Shown here piece by piece: positions 9,378-18,966 of a DNA stretch of 64,000 bases. The translations under genes and the position numbers were made by a program. The notes under the pieces were generated by a model that searched no databases, was not told the DNA's origin, and worked only from the letters and a program-made list of their open reading frames with translations. The first letter of the stretch is position 1. Every line of letters starts with the position of its first letter. This stretch comes from a virus (taxonomy: Duplodnaviria > Heunggongvirae > Uroviricota > Caudoviricetes): the IMG/VR virus record IMGVR_UViG_3300036768_001066; one strand, written 5' to 3'.

Positions 9378-9929
9378 ATGAACAAGGATAATAACGTGCA
9401 CGACATATTCAAGCTCGATCACATGCACGGGGACTCGGGCATGAATCTCCACGCTGCAATATCTAAGCAGGAGGAGTTGATGCAAAATAGGATGTTGGCT
9501 GATACCGATCCCGAGGAACTATACGCGATTGAGCGATCCCAGTTTACACAGAGAATTATTAGCGTATCAAAGGCACATCAAAACGGTAATGCGGACGAGG
9601 CCGTCAGAGCACATTTAGAATTGTTCAATATACAAGGTGAGGCAAGGGAGAAGATGCACGAGTACGTTAGGGTTTTAAACAAATTACTCACAAGATTACG
9701 TAAAGAAAAAAAACAGGCTACGGATAGGTACGTTAACGCATCCAAAAAATTTACTAATAATCAGGTTGACGCGATGGTTGAGGGTGATCTTGCCGATCTG
9801 ATAGCCACTATAAAGGTGATAGAGGACCAAGTTAATTTCTTCCATGACATTGAGAAACAGACAATAAATATGTCATTTTCTATTAAGTACATCAGCAACT
9901 TAAATAATTTCATGCGGGAAAATTCATAA
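9378..9929 (+). CDS. hypothetical protein in a low-GC island
   Basis: 183-aa ORF whose codons often end in A/T, unlike its neighbours. Confidence 0.45.
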   Translation: MNKDNNVHDIFKLDHMHGDSGMNLHAAISKQEELMQNRMLADTDPEELYAIERSQFTQRIISVSKAHQNGNADEAVRAHLELFNIQGEAREKMHEYVRVLNKLLTRLRKEKKQATDRYVNASKKFTNNQVDAMVEGDLADLIATIKVIEDQVNFFHDIEKQTINMSFSIKYISNLNNFMRENS

Positions 9930-9934
9930 CTAAT

Positions 9935-10147
9935 ATGAATATAACAGACTACAAGATAGATTCTTCAAGGCTTCGCCGGTACACGGGTGGGTGCGATGAG
10001 CTTTTTGCCGAGCTCGTCACTGAGGCGGTGGAGAAATTTTTACAGATGGGTGACCCGTCTCCGGGAGGACTTGGCGGCGTGTATATGCCGAATATTCAGA
10101 CAATCGAGTTCCTTGTTGATTGCAAGGTGCTCGTCCAAAAAGAATAA
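9935..10147 (+). CDS. hypothetical protein
   Basis: 70-aa ORF. Confidence 0.35.
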   Translation: MNITDYKIDSSRLRRYTGGCDELFAELVTEAVEKFLQMGDPSPGGLGGVYMPNIQTIEFLVDCKVLVQKE

Positions 10148-10153
10148 AATGCC

Positions 10154-11710
10154 ATGATGCACTTCGAGGTAATGGACAATGGTGAGTGGTTGAGGCTCGT
10201 CGAATACGACGACGAGCTCGACCTACGCCAAATTGAGATCTCCTTCACCAAGAAGGTCGCTAACCATTTCTTCAGGAAGAAGTACAGCAAGAACAAGTCC
10301 TGGGACGGTAACATAGAGTTCTTCAAGAAGAAGAGGTTCCTGCCAATAGGCCTGTGGGCCGAGTTGCTCAACGTATCGAAGCAGTACGGTCTCGGCGTCA
10401 CCATCGACGGTTTGAGAGACACCATCGACGACGGCCTCACAATGGAGGAGTTCACCGCTTGGGTGAACGAGTTCTTTAAGGATGGTATTGGCGGAGACCC
10501 GAACAAGAAACCGCGCGACTACCAGATAAAGGCGGCGTTCTTGATCTGCAAGTTCAGGCGCACGAGCCAGGAGCTCGCCACGTCGGCCGGCAAGACGCTG
10601 ATAACCTTCATGGCTATCGCGTTCATGCTTCACACAAAGCGCATCAAGCGTTTCATAATGATAGTACCGACACTGAACCTCGTGGTGCAGGGAATAGAGG
10701 ACTTCCAGGAGTACGGAGCGTACAGGGTGGGTATGAAGTTCCAGCAGGTCGGCGACGGCGCGAAGGAAATACGCTCGGAGGCCAACGTGGTCATTGGCAC
10801 TTGGCAGACGCTCGTAAAGTTCGAGCGGGAGATGCTCGGCTCTTTCGATTGCGCGTTCGTGGACGAGGCGCACCAGACGCCGGCCAAGTCGATAAAGGAG
10901 ATAATCGGCAAGATAGCGAACGGAGGCGGCGGCAGGTACAGGTTCGGTCTGTCCGGCACGCTCACGGCGGCAGGTAGGGATTCGGCAGACTTCTTTACAT
11001 CGCAGGTTTGTCTCGGACCTATGGTTAACGAGGTGTCAGCGGACTTCTTGTTCCAGAACAAGTACGCGACTCCGGTGGACATCCGCATAGTAAGGATGAA
11101 CTACCTCAACGACGAGACCAGAGCGCAGCTCGCCAGGTTGAAGCAGACGAGGACCGACCTCGAGGGCTCCGACATATTCAACCTCGAGAAGAAGCTCGTG
11201 ATACGATCGAGGGAGAGGCTGAACTTTGTGGTGGACTTTATACTAAGGACCACCAAGAACTCCATCGTCCTGTTCCAGAGTGTGGAGGAGGGGTACGGCC
11301 GCGCGATATACGACCTCATCAGGGAGAAGGACCCGAAGAAGGAGGTGTACTACGTCGACGGCGACACCGACAACAGCCTGAGGGACGAGTACAAGAAGAG
11401 GATGGAAGCGGGTGAGAACAGGATTCTCATAGCAAGCTTCGGTACTTTCTCGACAGGTATATCCATAAAGAACCTGCACAACATCTTCCTTGTCGAGTCG
11501 TACAAGAGCGAGAACATCATCAAACAATCGATAGGCCGTATGATGAGGCTGCACGCGGATAAGGAGACGGCGATAGTGGTGGACTTCGTGGACGACTTCA
11601 GTCACGGCGGCAAGCCCAACTACTTGCTCAACCACATGTACGAACGCATCAAGATATACGAGAAGGAGAAGTTCCCGTACAAGGAATTCAATATAGATCT
11701 TCGCAGATAA
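10154..11710 (+). CDS. SF2 DEAH-box DNA helicase (UvsW / type III restriction res-like)
   Basis: Walker A ATSAGKT. Motif II FVDEAHQT. Motif III SGTL. Motif VI QSIGRMMR. Confidence 0.8.
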   Translation: MMHFEVMDNGEWLRLVEYDDELDLRQIEISFTKKVANHFFRKKYSKNKSWDGNIEFFKKKRFLPIGLWAELLNVSKQYGLGVTIDGLRDTIDDGLTMEEFTAWVNEFFKDGIGGDPNKKPRDYQIKAAFLICKFRRTSQELATSAGKTLITFMAIAFMLHTKRIKRFIMIVPTLNLVVQGIEDFQEYGAYRVGMKFQQVGDGAKEIRSEANVVIGTWQTLVKFEREMLGSFDCAFVDEAHQTPAKSIKEIIGKIANGGGGRYRFGLSGTLTAAGRDSADFFTSQVCLGPMVNEVSADFLFQNKYATPVDIRIVRMNYLNDETRAQLARLKQTRTDLEGSDIFNLEKKLVIRSRERLNFVVDFILRTTKNSIVLFQSVEEGYGRAIYDLIREKDPKKEVYYVDGDTDNSLRDEYKKRMEAGENRILIASFGTFSTGISIKNLHNIFLVESYKSENIIKQSIGRMMRLHADKETAIVVDFVDDFSHGGKPNYLLNHMYERIKIYEKEKFPYKEFNIDLRR

Positions 11711-11746
11711 AGGAGGCCCGATTAACGTCGGGCCTCCTTGTTTGGT
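11711..11746 (+). terminator. rho-independent terminator (aggaggcccg / cgggcctcct plus T-rich tail)
   Basis: 10-bp perfect GC-rich hairpin immediately after the helicase stop codon. Confidence 0.65.
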
Positions 11747-11771
11747 AACCTCGGGGGCGTATATATAAGAT

Positions 11772-12713
11772 ATGAAAAAACGTTATTGCAAGGCATGCTC
11801 TATGCAGGAGCACGGGGTAAAAACCAGGATAGCCATACCGCACACGTGTGGCAAGGAGCCGCGCCGCATAAAGATGTTCGAGCAGTTCGTGTTCGAATCC
11901 ACTTACAATGTGCTGCACGGTACAAAGTCTCCTAAATTCGATAAGTTCCAGGTCAGTCATGATGAGGCCAACGGGATGTACGGCACAGACTCCCCCGATA
12001 ATGGCATGGGCGTGTTCTTCACCGATAACGATACAATGGCCGAGTTCTTCGCAGGTCTAACGCACTTCGATGCCGACAAGGGCAAATACGTGTCCAAGAG
12101 CGGCAAGGGACGTGTTATGAACGTGACCATCAGTATAGATAAGCCTTACGTCATCGATGACAAACACAAGGACTACGATGCCGATAACGATATGGACTCG
12201 GTGCAGATATATTTTGACGAAATAAAGGATGCTGGCGGTGCCGATAAGTACAGAGCTTCGTTAGAGAAGCGCGGATACGACGGGATAATCCTAAAGAAGT
12301 GCACCACGAATTATTACGGGAAGGGAACTTACACTGTATACGTTGTGTTCGATCCTCGCAATACTAAAATCAACGAGAACAAGTCCAAGATATACTACAA
12401 CCACTGGGACAAGCGTTGGACCATGAAGGAGTTCGTAAAGTATTTCGTGGACGAGCTGGGACTGTTCTCCGAACAGGAGGTTTCTAACTGGTTCGAGAAG
12501 TACGACTTAACCAATGATTCCGAGGTGGTTTGGGTGTCCATGGACAAGATGTCAAACAACACCAAGGGCATGTCTGTTGACCACTATTCTGGCGCCAACG
12601 ATGCGCCGAGTGCCGATATTTCGTCCATATTTGTTGACGGTGAGGATGGGTACGTGATCCCGGAAATTTCCGACGGTGCGAACAGCTGCCTCTTTGTTGT
12701 TAAACAAAAATAG
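11772..12713 (+). CDS. hypothetical protein. Has an internal leader-like motif MFEQFVFES at residue 35, which is an alternative start at 11874.
   Basis: 313-aa ORF. TATATATAAGAT lies directly upstream of 11772. The leader-like motif sits at an internal Met. Confidence 0.5.
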   Translation: MKKRYCKACSMQEHGVKTRIAIPHTCGKEPRRIKMFEQFVFESTYNVLHGTKSPKFDKFQVSHDEANGMYGTDSPDNGMGVFFTDNDTMAEFFAGLTHFDADKGKYVSKSGKGRVMNVTISIDKPYVIDDKHKDYDADNDMDSVQIYFDEIKDAGGADKYRASLEKRGYDGIILKKCTTNYYGKGTYTVYVVFDPRNTKINENKSKIYYNHWDKRWTMKEFVKYFVDELGLFSEQEVSNWFEKYDLTNDSEVVWVSMDKMSNNTKGMSVDHYSGANDAPSADISSIFVDGEDGYVIPEISDGANSCLFVVKQK

Positions 12714-12871
12714 GAGAGATTGTGATAGGATTGCTTATGTTGCCAGTTATAGCCGTATTGGCCGTATTCTGGGTGAATGGCAGGGAGAATTATCCGGACT
12801 ACAGGGGGCGAGGATCTGTTCGGCGAGGACTCAGAGCCCTAATTATCACCGTTTTTGTGGATATATAAATC

Positions 12872-13765
12872 GTGAAGCATATCCACACATTCAACGACTT
12901 TCTTTTCGAGGGCGGCAACGCGCTTGACAACACCCGCAGCATCAAGCAGAGCGAGGTGCAGGCTACGCTTGACTCGATACAAGACAACGTGTTCCCGGCA
13001 CTCGGTATTTCGAGCTGGGGCACCGACGCACTGCTCATAGGCTCTGCCGGCAAGAAGGAGTCCGACGAGGACGTATCTGGTGACCTCGACGTGGGCATAC
13101 CCATGAAGGAGTTCTGTGAGAAGCAGGGCGTCGTAGAGACGCAGGGCCTAAAGCAGGTGTACGACTTGCTAAAGCGCAAGTTCCCCGAGTTCCAGATAAA
13201 GTGGATGCGCGGCCTCGAGGTCGTGTCGATGTCGTACCCTATCAAGGGTGATCCCAACCTCGGTTACGTACAGGTGGACTTCCTCCCGCTGAAGAATATG
13301 GAGTGGGCGAAGTTCATATACCATTCCCCCAACTACAAGAAGGGCGAGAGCAAGTACAAGAGCGCGCACAGGAACTGGCTGTTCGCCGCCATCCTGTCGG
13401 TGCTAACGGGAGAGGAGGAACGCGACGAGCACGGCAACTTGCTCGGGTTCTCCGGCTACATGATGAGGCTCAACGACGGTCTCAGCAAGATAAGGAAATC
13501 GTACGTTGGTAAGAAGAAACTGCTCAAGAATCCGGTCATACAACCGGAGCACGAGGAGCTGATAACCAGGTCTCCAAAGGACTTTCTGGAGTTCGTGCTG
13601 GGTCCTGGAATACGGCCCAAAGATGCAGAAACATTCGAGCAGGTGTTCGAATATATAAATAAACCCGATTATATGTTCCATGATAAATTGGACGAAATCA
13701 AACGGAATTGTATTAAATTTTTAAAACGGGTTAAGTTGGAAATCCCGGCCGAACTTGAAAAATAA
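12872..13765 (+). CDS. nucleotidyltransferase-fold protein (Pol-beta superfamily signature) with leader MKHIHTFNDFLFE
   Basis: GSAGKKESDEDVSGDLDV fits the pattern G-[GS]-x(9-13)-D-h-[DE]. GTG start directly after TATATAA. Confidence 0.45.
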   Translation: MKHIHTFNDFLFEGGNALDNTRSIKQSEVQATLDSIQDNVFPALGISSWGTDALLIGSAGKKESDEDVSGDLDVGIPMKEFCEKQGVVETQGLKQVYDLLKRKFPEFQIKWMRGLEVVSMSYPIKGDPNLGYVQVDFLPLKNMEWAKFIYHSPNYKKGESKYKSAHRNWLFAAILSVLTGEEERDEHGNLLGFSGYMMRLNDGLSKIRKSYVGKKKLLKNPVIQPEHEELITRSPKDFLEFVLGPGIRPKDAETFEQVFEYINKPDYMFHDKLDEIKRNCIKFLKRVKLEIPAELEK

Positions 13766-13822
13766 TATACCTGGCATATATCGCATAGTAAATAAAAAAC
13801 ACAGGTGATTTTTAATTGGGTA

Positions 13823-13924
13823 ATGTTCATAAAAATGTGCATACAGAGGGCTTGGAACAAATATGGCGAAGATAATTTTGCATTCGAGCTAATCCCAAAG
13901 ACTGAGCGTAGAACTAACACATAA
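13823..13924 (+). pseudogene. remnant of a GIY-YIG homing endonuclease gene (internal AWNKYGEDNFAFELI segment only)
   Basis: MFIKMCIQRAWNKYGEDNFAFELIPKTERRTNT matches the conserved LQxAWNKYGxxNFxFExLE block of GIY-YIG enzymes. The N-terminal catalytic half is absent. Confidence 0.45.
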
Positions 13925-13974
13925 GGGGTTTATATGGGTATATGAAACAGATTGGGTTGTGGGGTATAAAATAG

Positions 13975-14442
13975 ATGATGAACTCAAAAAGAAATAGAAA
14001 CCCGATGGTGCAGAATAGTAATAGCTTCCTGATTGTCGCGCTGCAGTTGTTCTTAGGCGAGAGCGTGATAGGTGCAGAGAAGCACGAGGACGAGACTGTA
14101 TCGTTCGTGACGATGCGAGGCGATTCCGGGTTCATGGGTCCCAACTTCACTGGCAACTGGGATATATGGATAGGGGACGAGGTTGTATATGAAGTGGAGA
14201 GCGACCTGTACGAGATAATACAGCACCAGAAGGACGAGAACCTGATAGAGCTGTATGGGTACATAAAAAGCATAGATCCCAATGCGCTGAAGTACAAATC
14301 AAGGAGGTTCCTCGAGGTCGTGATCACCGCCATAGAGAATGTCATCCTGAACTTCACGTTGCCGCTAAACGGTCAGGTAACGATAGGCGATCAAGAGGTG
14401 ATATATAAAAACAAGAAGAAGATAAAGATAAACCTTAACTAA
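13975..14442 (+). CDS. hypothetical protein
   Basis: 155-aa ORF. Confidence 0.4.
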   Translation: MMNSKRNRNPMVQNSNSFLIVALQLFLGESVIGAEKHEDETVSFVTMRGDSGFMGPNFTGNWDIWIGDEVVYEVESDLYEIIQHQKDENLIELYGYIKSIDPNALKYKSRRFLEVVITAIENVILNFTLPLNGQVTIGDQEVIYKNKKKIKINLN

Positions 14443-14455
14443 TAAACAGAAAGTT

Positions 14456-16384
14456 ATGGCGGGAATAGCACACTTAAACGAAATCTACAAAAAGAAGGGC
14501 AAAGATTTTCTGGACAAACTATTCGACAGTTATGTCACTATAAACGAAAAGCTCGACGCGAGCGCCTTTGGTGTAGAGAAGAATCCGATCAGCAAGAAGA
14601 TCGAATTCTTCAAGCGCAACACTACAAACCCAATTTCCCAGGTGGACAGGACCCTCGTGCGTTATTACGAGGCACCTATCGAGCATATCAACAGCCTTGG
14701 CGACAAGGTGCTTGCCAAGCTACCCAGTGGATGGAGGTTCGGTATGGAGTACTTCGCCAACTCAAATCCGCAGGAGCTTGTTTATGACAAGCTCCCGAAG
14801 AACGGATTGGTGCTGTCGTACATTCACGTGAAAAACTCGGCCGGCAAGATGGTCCGTACAATCCAGGACAAGGAAGAGCTCGATAAGTGGGCAGACATCC
14901 TGCAGGTGGAGCGCGCGCCGATAATATTCCAGGGCGTTCTCAACGACGACCAGAGGATAAAGATCCTCGACTTCCTCGACACGCCGCAGGCCGAGCTCGA
15001 GAAGAAGTTCAAGACCGAGTCCTTCGTGAAGTACGTAATATCCATTCTGAACCCAAAGATGCGCAGCACGGTCCTGAACAAGGATCTGGAGAAGCCAATA
15101 GAGGGAATAGTGTTTAGGTTCGGCAGCGACGACGATGACGTGGTGCTTGCCAAGATGGTGGACCCGATATTTTCGCAGATGGCGCAGAACAGGGTCAACG
15201 AGACGAACGACACGCCGAACGACATCTATTACATGACGCTCATCGACATAGCCAACTACGTCGAGAACCTAAACCTAAAGAAGTTCAAGCCGAAGGGGCG
15301 TAACTTCGACGACAGGTACATAAACTTCATCTGCGACCTATTCATAAAGTTCATATCCGAAAGGGGGGAGGACTACAAGAACATCAACTTCTCCGAGCCG
15401 GCTTACATGAAGAAAAAGGAGTTCGACCTCAACAGGCAGATGATACCGAACCAGGAGGCGCTCGATCTCATAGACTCGGCGGACTCGTACAAGAAACTGT
15501 TCAAGATAATGCTGGCATCTCTGCGCAAGCACAAGAAGAAGGCAAACAACTTCTTCAGCCAGGAGGTTATCCGCCAGTTCAATGGCACCATAGACAAGAT
15601 AAACAACCACCTATCACAGAACCTAAGGGAGAGCCTCAACGAAAACGACGTGCCATTGTTCGGCGAGTTCATAGCACAGAGGGGCAGGCCCGAAGTTGAG
15701 GACGAGGACGCAGACACCGATGGTGATTCTGTGGATGATTCCGATCCTGAAATGACCGGGCTCAAAAACACTATGGACCTTTTGTCCGCCGATGAGCCGA
15801 AAGAAGAGGAGGACGTCAAGAAGAAATCCAAGAAGAAGGGAAAGAGGGTTAACATAATAGTCGGAAGGTTCCAGCCGTTCCACAACGGGCACGCCGAGAT
15901 GGTGAAGGAACTTAACGAGGCCAACGGCTTGCCCGTCGTAATAGTCGCCGTGCATCCGGGACACAACAAGTCGGGCAACAGCCCGTTCACTATATCCACA
16001 CTGAGGACGATGCTTGGCAACCTGCACAAGGACACCAACGACCTCGTGATCGGCTACAGGATAGTCGGCAGGGGCTTCATACAGGACATCATAGATTCGC
16101 TGAGGCCGGAGTTCGAGCCGATACTGTGGGGCGCGGGTCCTGACAGGATAAACGACTACCGCAAGCAGCTCGAGTTTAACTTCAAGCGCAACAACGAGCT
16201 CGACCTCGACGAGAAGTTCGAGGTGATGGAGACTCGGAGGATCATATCGGGTACCGACGTGCGCAAGCTCGTGGACGAGGACAAGTTCGGCGAGTTCAAG
16301 ACGCACGTGCCAAAGACGGTGCAGGGCTTGTATCCTATACTTAGGAACGACATCCATAATAGCAAAGAACCCGCCAATCAGTAA
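14456..16384 (+). CDS. multidomain protein. N-terminal domain of unknown function with a KLDAS motif (possible ligase-like K-x-D-G variant), an acidic linker, and a C-terminal NMN/NaMN adenylyltransferase domain (NadM/NadR type).
   Basis: The C-terminal region has GRFQPFHNGH (G-x-F-x-P-x-H-x-G-H nucleotidyltransferase signature) and later ISGTDVR. The linker is DEDADTDGDSVDDSDPE. Confidence 0.55.
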   Translation: MAGIAHLNEIYKKKGKDFLDKLFDSYVTINEKLDASAFGVEKNPISKKIEFFKRNTTNPISQVDRTLVRYYEAPIEHINSLGDKVLAKLPSGWRFGMEYFANSNPQELVYDKLPKNGLVLSYIHVKNSAGKMVRTIQDKEELDKWADILQVERAPIIFQGVLNDDQRIKILDFLDTPQAELEKKFKTESFVKYVISILNPKMRSTVLNKDLEKPIEGIVFRFGSDDDDVVLAKMVDPIFSQMAQNRVNETNDTPNDIYYMTLIDIANYVENLNLKKFKPKGRNFDDRYINFICDLFIKFISERGEDYKNINFSEPAYMKKKEFDLNRQMIPNQEALDLIDSADSYKKLFKIMLASLRKHKKKANNFFSQEVIRQFNGTIDKINNHLSQNLRESLNENDVPLFGEFIAQRGRPEVEDEDADTDGDSVDDSDPEMTGLKNTMDLLSADEPKEEEDVKKKSKKKGKRVNIIVGRFQPFHNGHAEMVKELNEANGLPVVIVAVHPGHNKSGNSPFTISTLRTMLGNLHKDTNDLVIGYRIVGRGFIQDIIDSLRPEFEPILWGAGPDRINDYRKQLEFNFKRNNELDLDEKFEVMETRRIISGTDVRKLVDEDKFGEFKTHVPKTVQGLYPILRNDIHNSKEPANQ

Positions 16385-16422
16385 TGGATGCACAGTACCA
16401 AGCAGATAACATTCATTCTCTA

Positions 16423-16455
16423 CAATAACCGTTCCGTAGAGGGAACGGTTTTTAA
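16423..16455 (+). terminator. rho-independent terminator (aaccgttcc / ggaacggtt plus T-run)
   Basis: 9-bp hairpin followed by TTTTTAATTTTTTT. Confidence 0.6.
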
Positions 16456-16783
16456 TTTTTTTACCCAGATACAGATTAGACCCTGGTGCATGGTCAACGG
16501 CCCGACCTCGTTGTCACGCCGAAGATGGTTTGTGCGGGCAGAGCACTTTTTCGAGCGAGGACTGGACTGGACTGGACTTCCGTGGGTCGAAATCGATATA
16601 TATAACTCAGGGGCTCATCGACCAGTCCCCGGACATGACATTTAACTTCACGAAATACCCGAAGAACAGAAATTTCTGAATGATATATAAGAAAAGAAAT
16701 AGTTACCACTACAATGAGCAAAATAAACAATTTTAACGCATCAATGAGGCGGACGAGTCCGTAAAACTAACTCTTAAGAAGTA

Positions 16784-17110
16784 ATGGGACTTAAGAAATT
16801 CGGAGAGTTCGAGACGACCCGCAATGAGGCGCTCGAAGCGGAGAAGGCCAACGCTTGGAAGAAGCTCGATGACGAGCGCACAATCATTGGCGTTGAGTGG
16901 CGCGGAGCCGGTAAATGGGGGACGGTAGGTATCGTTGCCGTGCACAACACGAAGATGAACTACTGGACCGCTTACATGGGCGTGGCCGATGAGCGTGACG
17001 AGCGGCAGGACGCATTCGCTATCGCGGACTACGGCAATAAGATGGTGCCGGAAGAGGCCAAGGCGTACTTCCCGCACATCAAGGACATCAAATACAAAAT
17101 GGAGGACTAA
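16784..17110 (+). CDS. hypothetical protein, leader family (MGLKKFGEFETTRNE)
   Basis: 108-aa ORF. Confidence 0.5.
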   Translation: MGLKKFGEFETTRNEALEAEKANAWKKLDDERTIIGVEWRGAGKWGTVGIVAVHNTKMNYWTAYMGVADERDERQDAFAIADYGNKMVPEEAKAYFPHIKDIKYKMED

Positions 17111-17640
17111 TGAGGAAGATATTCACATTCGATAGGTTCGTAAACGAGAACTACGTAAACGAGGACGGCTACGGCGATCTTCCTTTTTTCTACGCCAAGA
17201 ACGGCGACGTGGCTAACTACTTCTTCAAGGTAGGGGCGGAGACTCAGCGCGGTTTCGTGATAAGCATCGGCAAGTTCAGCAAGTTCGCACAACCATCTGA
17301 GGGCAAGGCCGAATACTCAGTGCTGTCCATAACGGAATTGCCGGTCGATGCTATCGATCAGGCTGTTATCGACAAGGGAAATTTCGAGACCAACGACAAC
17401 CACATCGAGGTCGACGAGCGTGAACTCAACAAAGTACTCGAGATGCTCTGCAAATGCGTTGAGGACTACCTGCAGAAGAATCCGAAAGTTACCAAGTTCT
17501 ACGACGAGATGCAGGCTAACCTGAGGAACACTCAGTACACGTCTAAGATGACTGCGCATCTCGACAAGTGGCCAGGTGGCCAGGGCGCTTGGAAGATGCA
17601 GGAGGTAGAAGCCGGCAAACTAAACTACATTGTTAAATGA
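17110..17640 (+). CDS. hypothetical protein, leader family (MRKIFTFDRFVNENYVNE)
   Basis: 176-aa ORF. Confidence 0.5.
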   Translation: MRKIFTFDRFVNENYVNEDGYGDLPFFYAKNGDVANYFFKVGAETQRGFVISIGKFSKFAQPSEGKAEYSVLSITELPVDAIDQAVIDKGNFETNDNHIEVDERELNKVLEMLCKCVEDYLQKNPKVTKFYDEMQANLRNTQYTSKMTAHLDKWPGGQGAWKMQEVEAGKLNYIVK

Positions 17641-17810
17641 AGAATATAAAACTATTTGAGGATTTTTCGGTAAACGAAGAAGGATGCTGAGGCTCCGAGG
17701 GAACCCAATGACGAGGAGCGCGGCACCGATCCAGAACTAAACGATTTTGAGTCCGAAGAGTCCGAGGACGAGAAAGAAAAGGACGAAGAAAACTAAACCA
17801 CAATTGATAA
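17637..17810 (+). pseudogene. chimeric pseudogene: 5' end of gene 17811, an internal segment of gene 18167 and the 3' end of gene 18550, joined out of frame
   Basis: 17681-17750 is identical to 18208-18277. 17744-17808 is near-identical to 18891-18960. The first 45 nt equal the start of 17811. The resulting ORF stops after 17 codons. Confidence 0.55.
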
Positions 17811-18170
17811 ATGAAGAATATAAAACTATTTGAGGATTTTTCGGTAAACGAGGATAACCTCGACGCCGCGCTGCAAGCGCTGGTGCCAGACCTGAAGACT
17901 GCATTCATGAATTACCTCGAGAACAGGGACCTCGTAGAGCTCATGGACGAGCTCGATGCGTTGGACGGACGTGCGAGGAAAATAAAGGGCGGATCTAAAA
18001 AAGCAGGTTTGTGGTGGAGGTTCTTCGATAACGATACCGGAGCCAACACGGCTGGCACATTAAGGAGAGATCTCGAATTGCCGGCATCGCATGCGAACCA
18101 CAAGTACGCGATAGAGAATATGGAGCTGGCCGTTGAGCCGGACACAAAAATGAAAGTCTACTTTTCGTGA
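17811..18170 (+). CDS. hypothetical protein, leader family (MKNIKLFEDFSVNE)
   Basis: 119-aa ORF. Confidence 0.5.
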   Translation: MKNIKLFEDFSVNEDNLDAALQALVPDLKTAFMNYLENRDLVELMDELDALDGRARKIKGGSKKAGLWWRFFDNDTGANTAGTLRRDLELPASHANHKYAIENMELAVEPDTKMKVYFS

Positions 18171-18550
18171 AGCACATTAAGAAAATAAGCGACCTCTTCG
18201 AGAAGAAGGATGCTGAGGCTCCGAGGGAACCCAATGACGAGGAGCGCGGCACCGATCCAGAACTAAACGAGGGACTCGTGCCGGTGTTCAAAGACGTTGC
18301 ACAGAATGACAAGGAGATGGTCGACCAGAAGGACCTTGCCGGATTCATTAAGGGGAAGATGGATGCGGCTGCGGAAGAGAAGGATCCGAGCAAGCAGCGA
18401 CCGGTTCTCATAGTCGTCCAGAACCCAAAGTACTGGCAGCGCGAGTTCGTCGTAATGGAGATCGAGGGAGACAACATCAAGACGCAGGACCGCAACAAGA
18501 AGCCGGTCACGCTAAAAATAAAGGATGTCATCGGCGTATTCGCACAGTAA
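18167..18550 (+). CDS. hypothetical protein, leader family (GTG start, KHIKKISDLFE)
   Basis: 127-aa ORF. The GTG start overlaps the upstream TGA stop. Confidence 0.5.
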   Translation: MKHIKKISDLFEKKDAEAPREPNDEERGTDPELNEGLVPVFKDVAQNDKEMVDQKDLAGFIKGKMDAAAEEKDPSKQRPVLIVVQNPKYWQREFVVMEIEGDNIKTQDRNKKPVTLKIKDVIGVFAQ

Positions 18551-18954
18551 TGAGCGACACATCATCATACAAACCACCGAAGTCTGCAATCAAGCCATAT
18601 CCCGGAGACAAGGGATACGAGCTCGTACGTAAGAATTACAAGAGGTCTATCTGGACGTGGAACGACTACGCCGACAAGAAACCGGACATTGAGAAGGCCG
18701 AGGGTGTCGACGAGGCGGACAGCTCATCGTTCAGCAGGTACCAGGGAGAGATCTCGGGCATGGGAATGTCGCAGGACTTCCCGGGCGAGACCGTCGGGTA
18801 TACTGGACCGCTCAAGTACGGTAATTTCATGGCTACTGACGACTACCTCGATCCGGACGATGAGGAGTTGAAGAAGCTCAAATCTATAGACGATTTTGAG
18901 TCCGAAGAGTCCGAAGAGTCCGAGGACGAGAAAGAAAAGGACGAAGAAAACTAA
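18550..18954 (+). CDS. hypothetical acidic protein
   Basis: 134-aa ORF with an acidic C-terminal SEESEESEDEKEKDEEN. Confidence 0.5.
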   Translation: MSDTSSYKPPKSAIKPYPGDKGYELVRKNYKRSIWTWNDYADKKPDIEKAEGVDEADSSSFSRYQGEISGMGMSQDFPGETVGYTGPLKYGNFMATDDYLDPDDEELKKLKSIDDFESEESEESEDEKEKDEEN

Positions 18955-18966
18955 ACCACAATTGAT

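Noticed and set aside
11757-11769. TATATAA boxes read as eukaryotic TATA elements of a nucleocytoplasmic large DNA virus
   Set aside because: The structural and replication genes (gp19, gp21, gp23, gp32, gp61-like) are clearly caudoviral and T4-like. The motif is better explained as a T4-late-like or Bacteroidota-type promoter.
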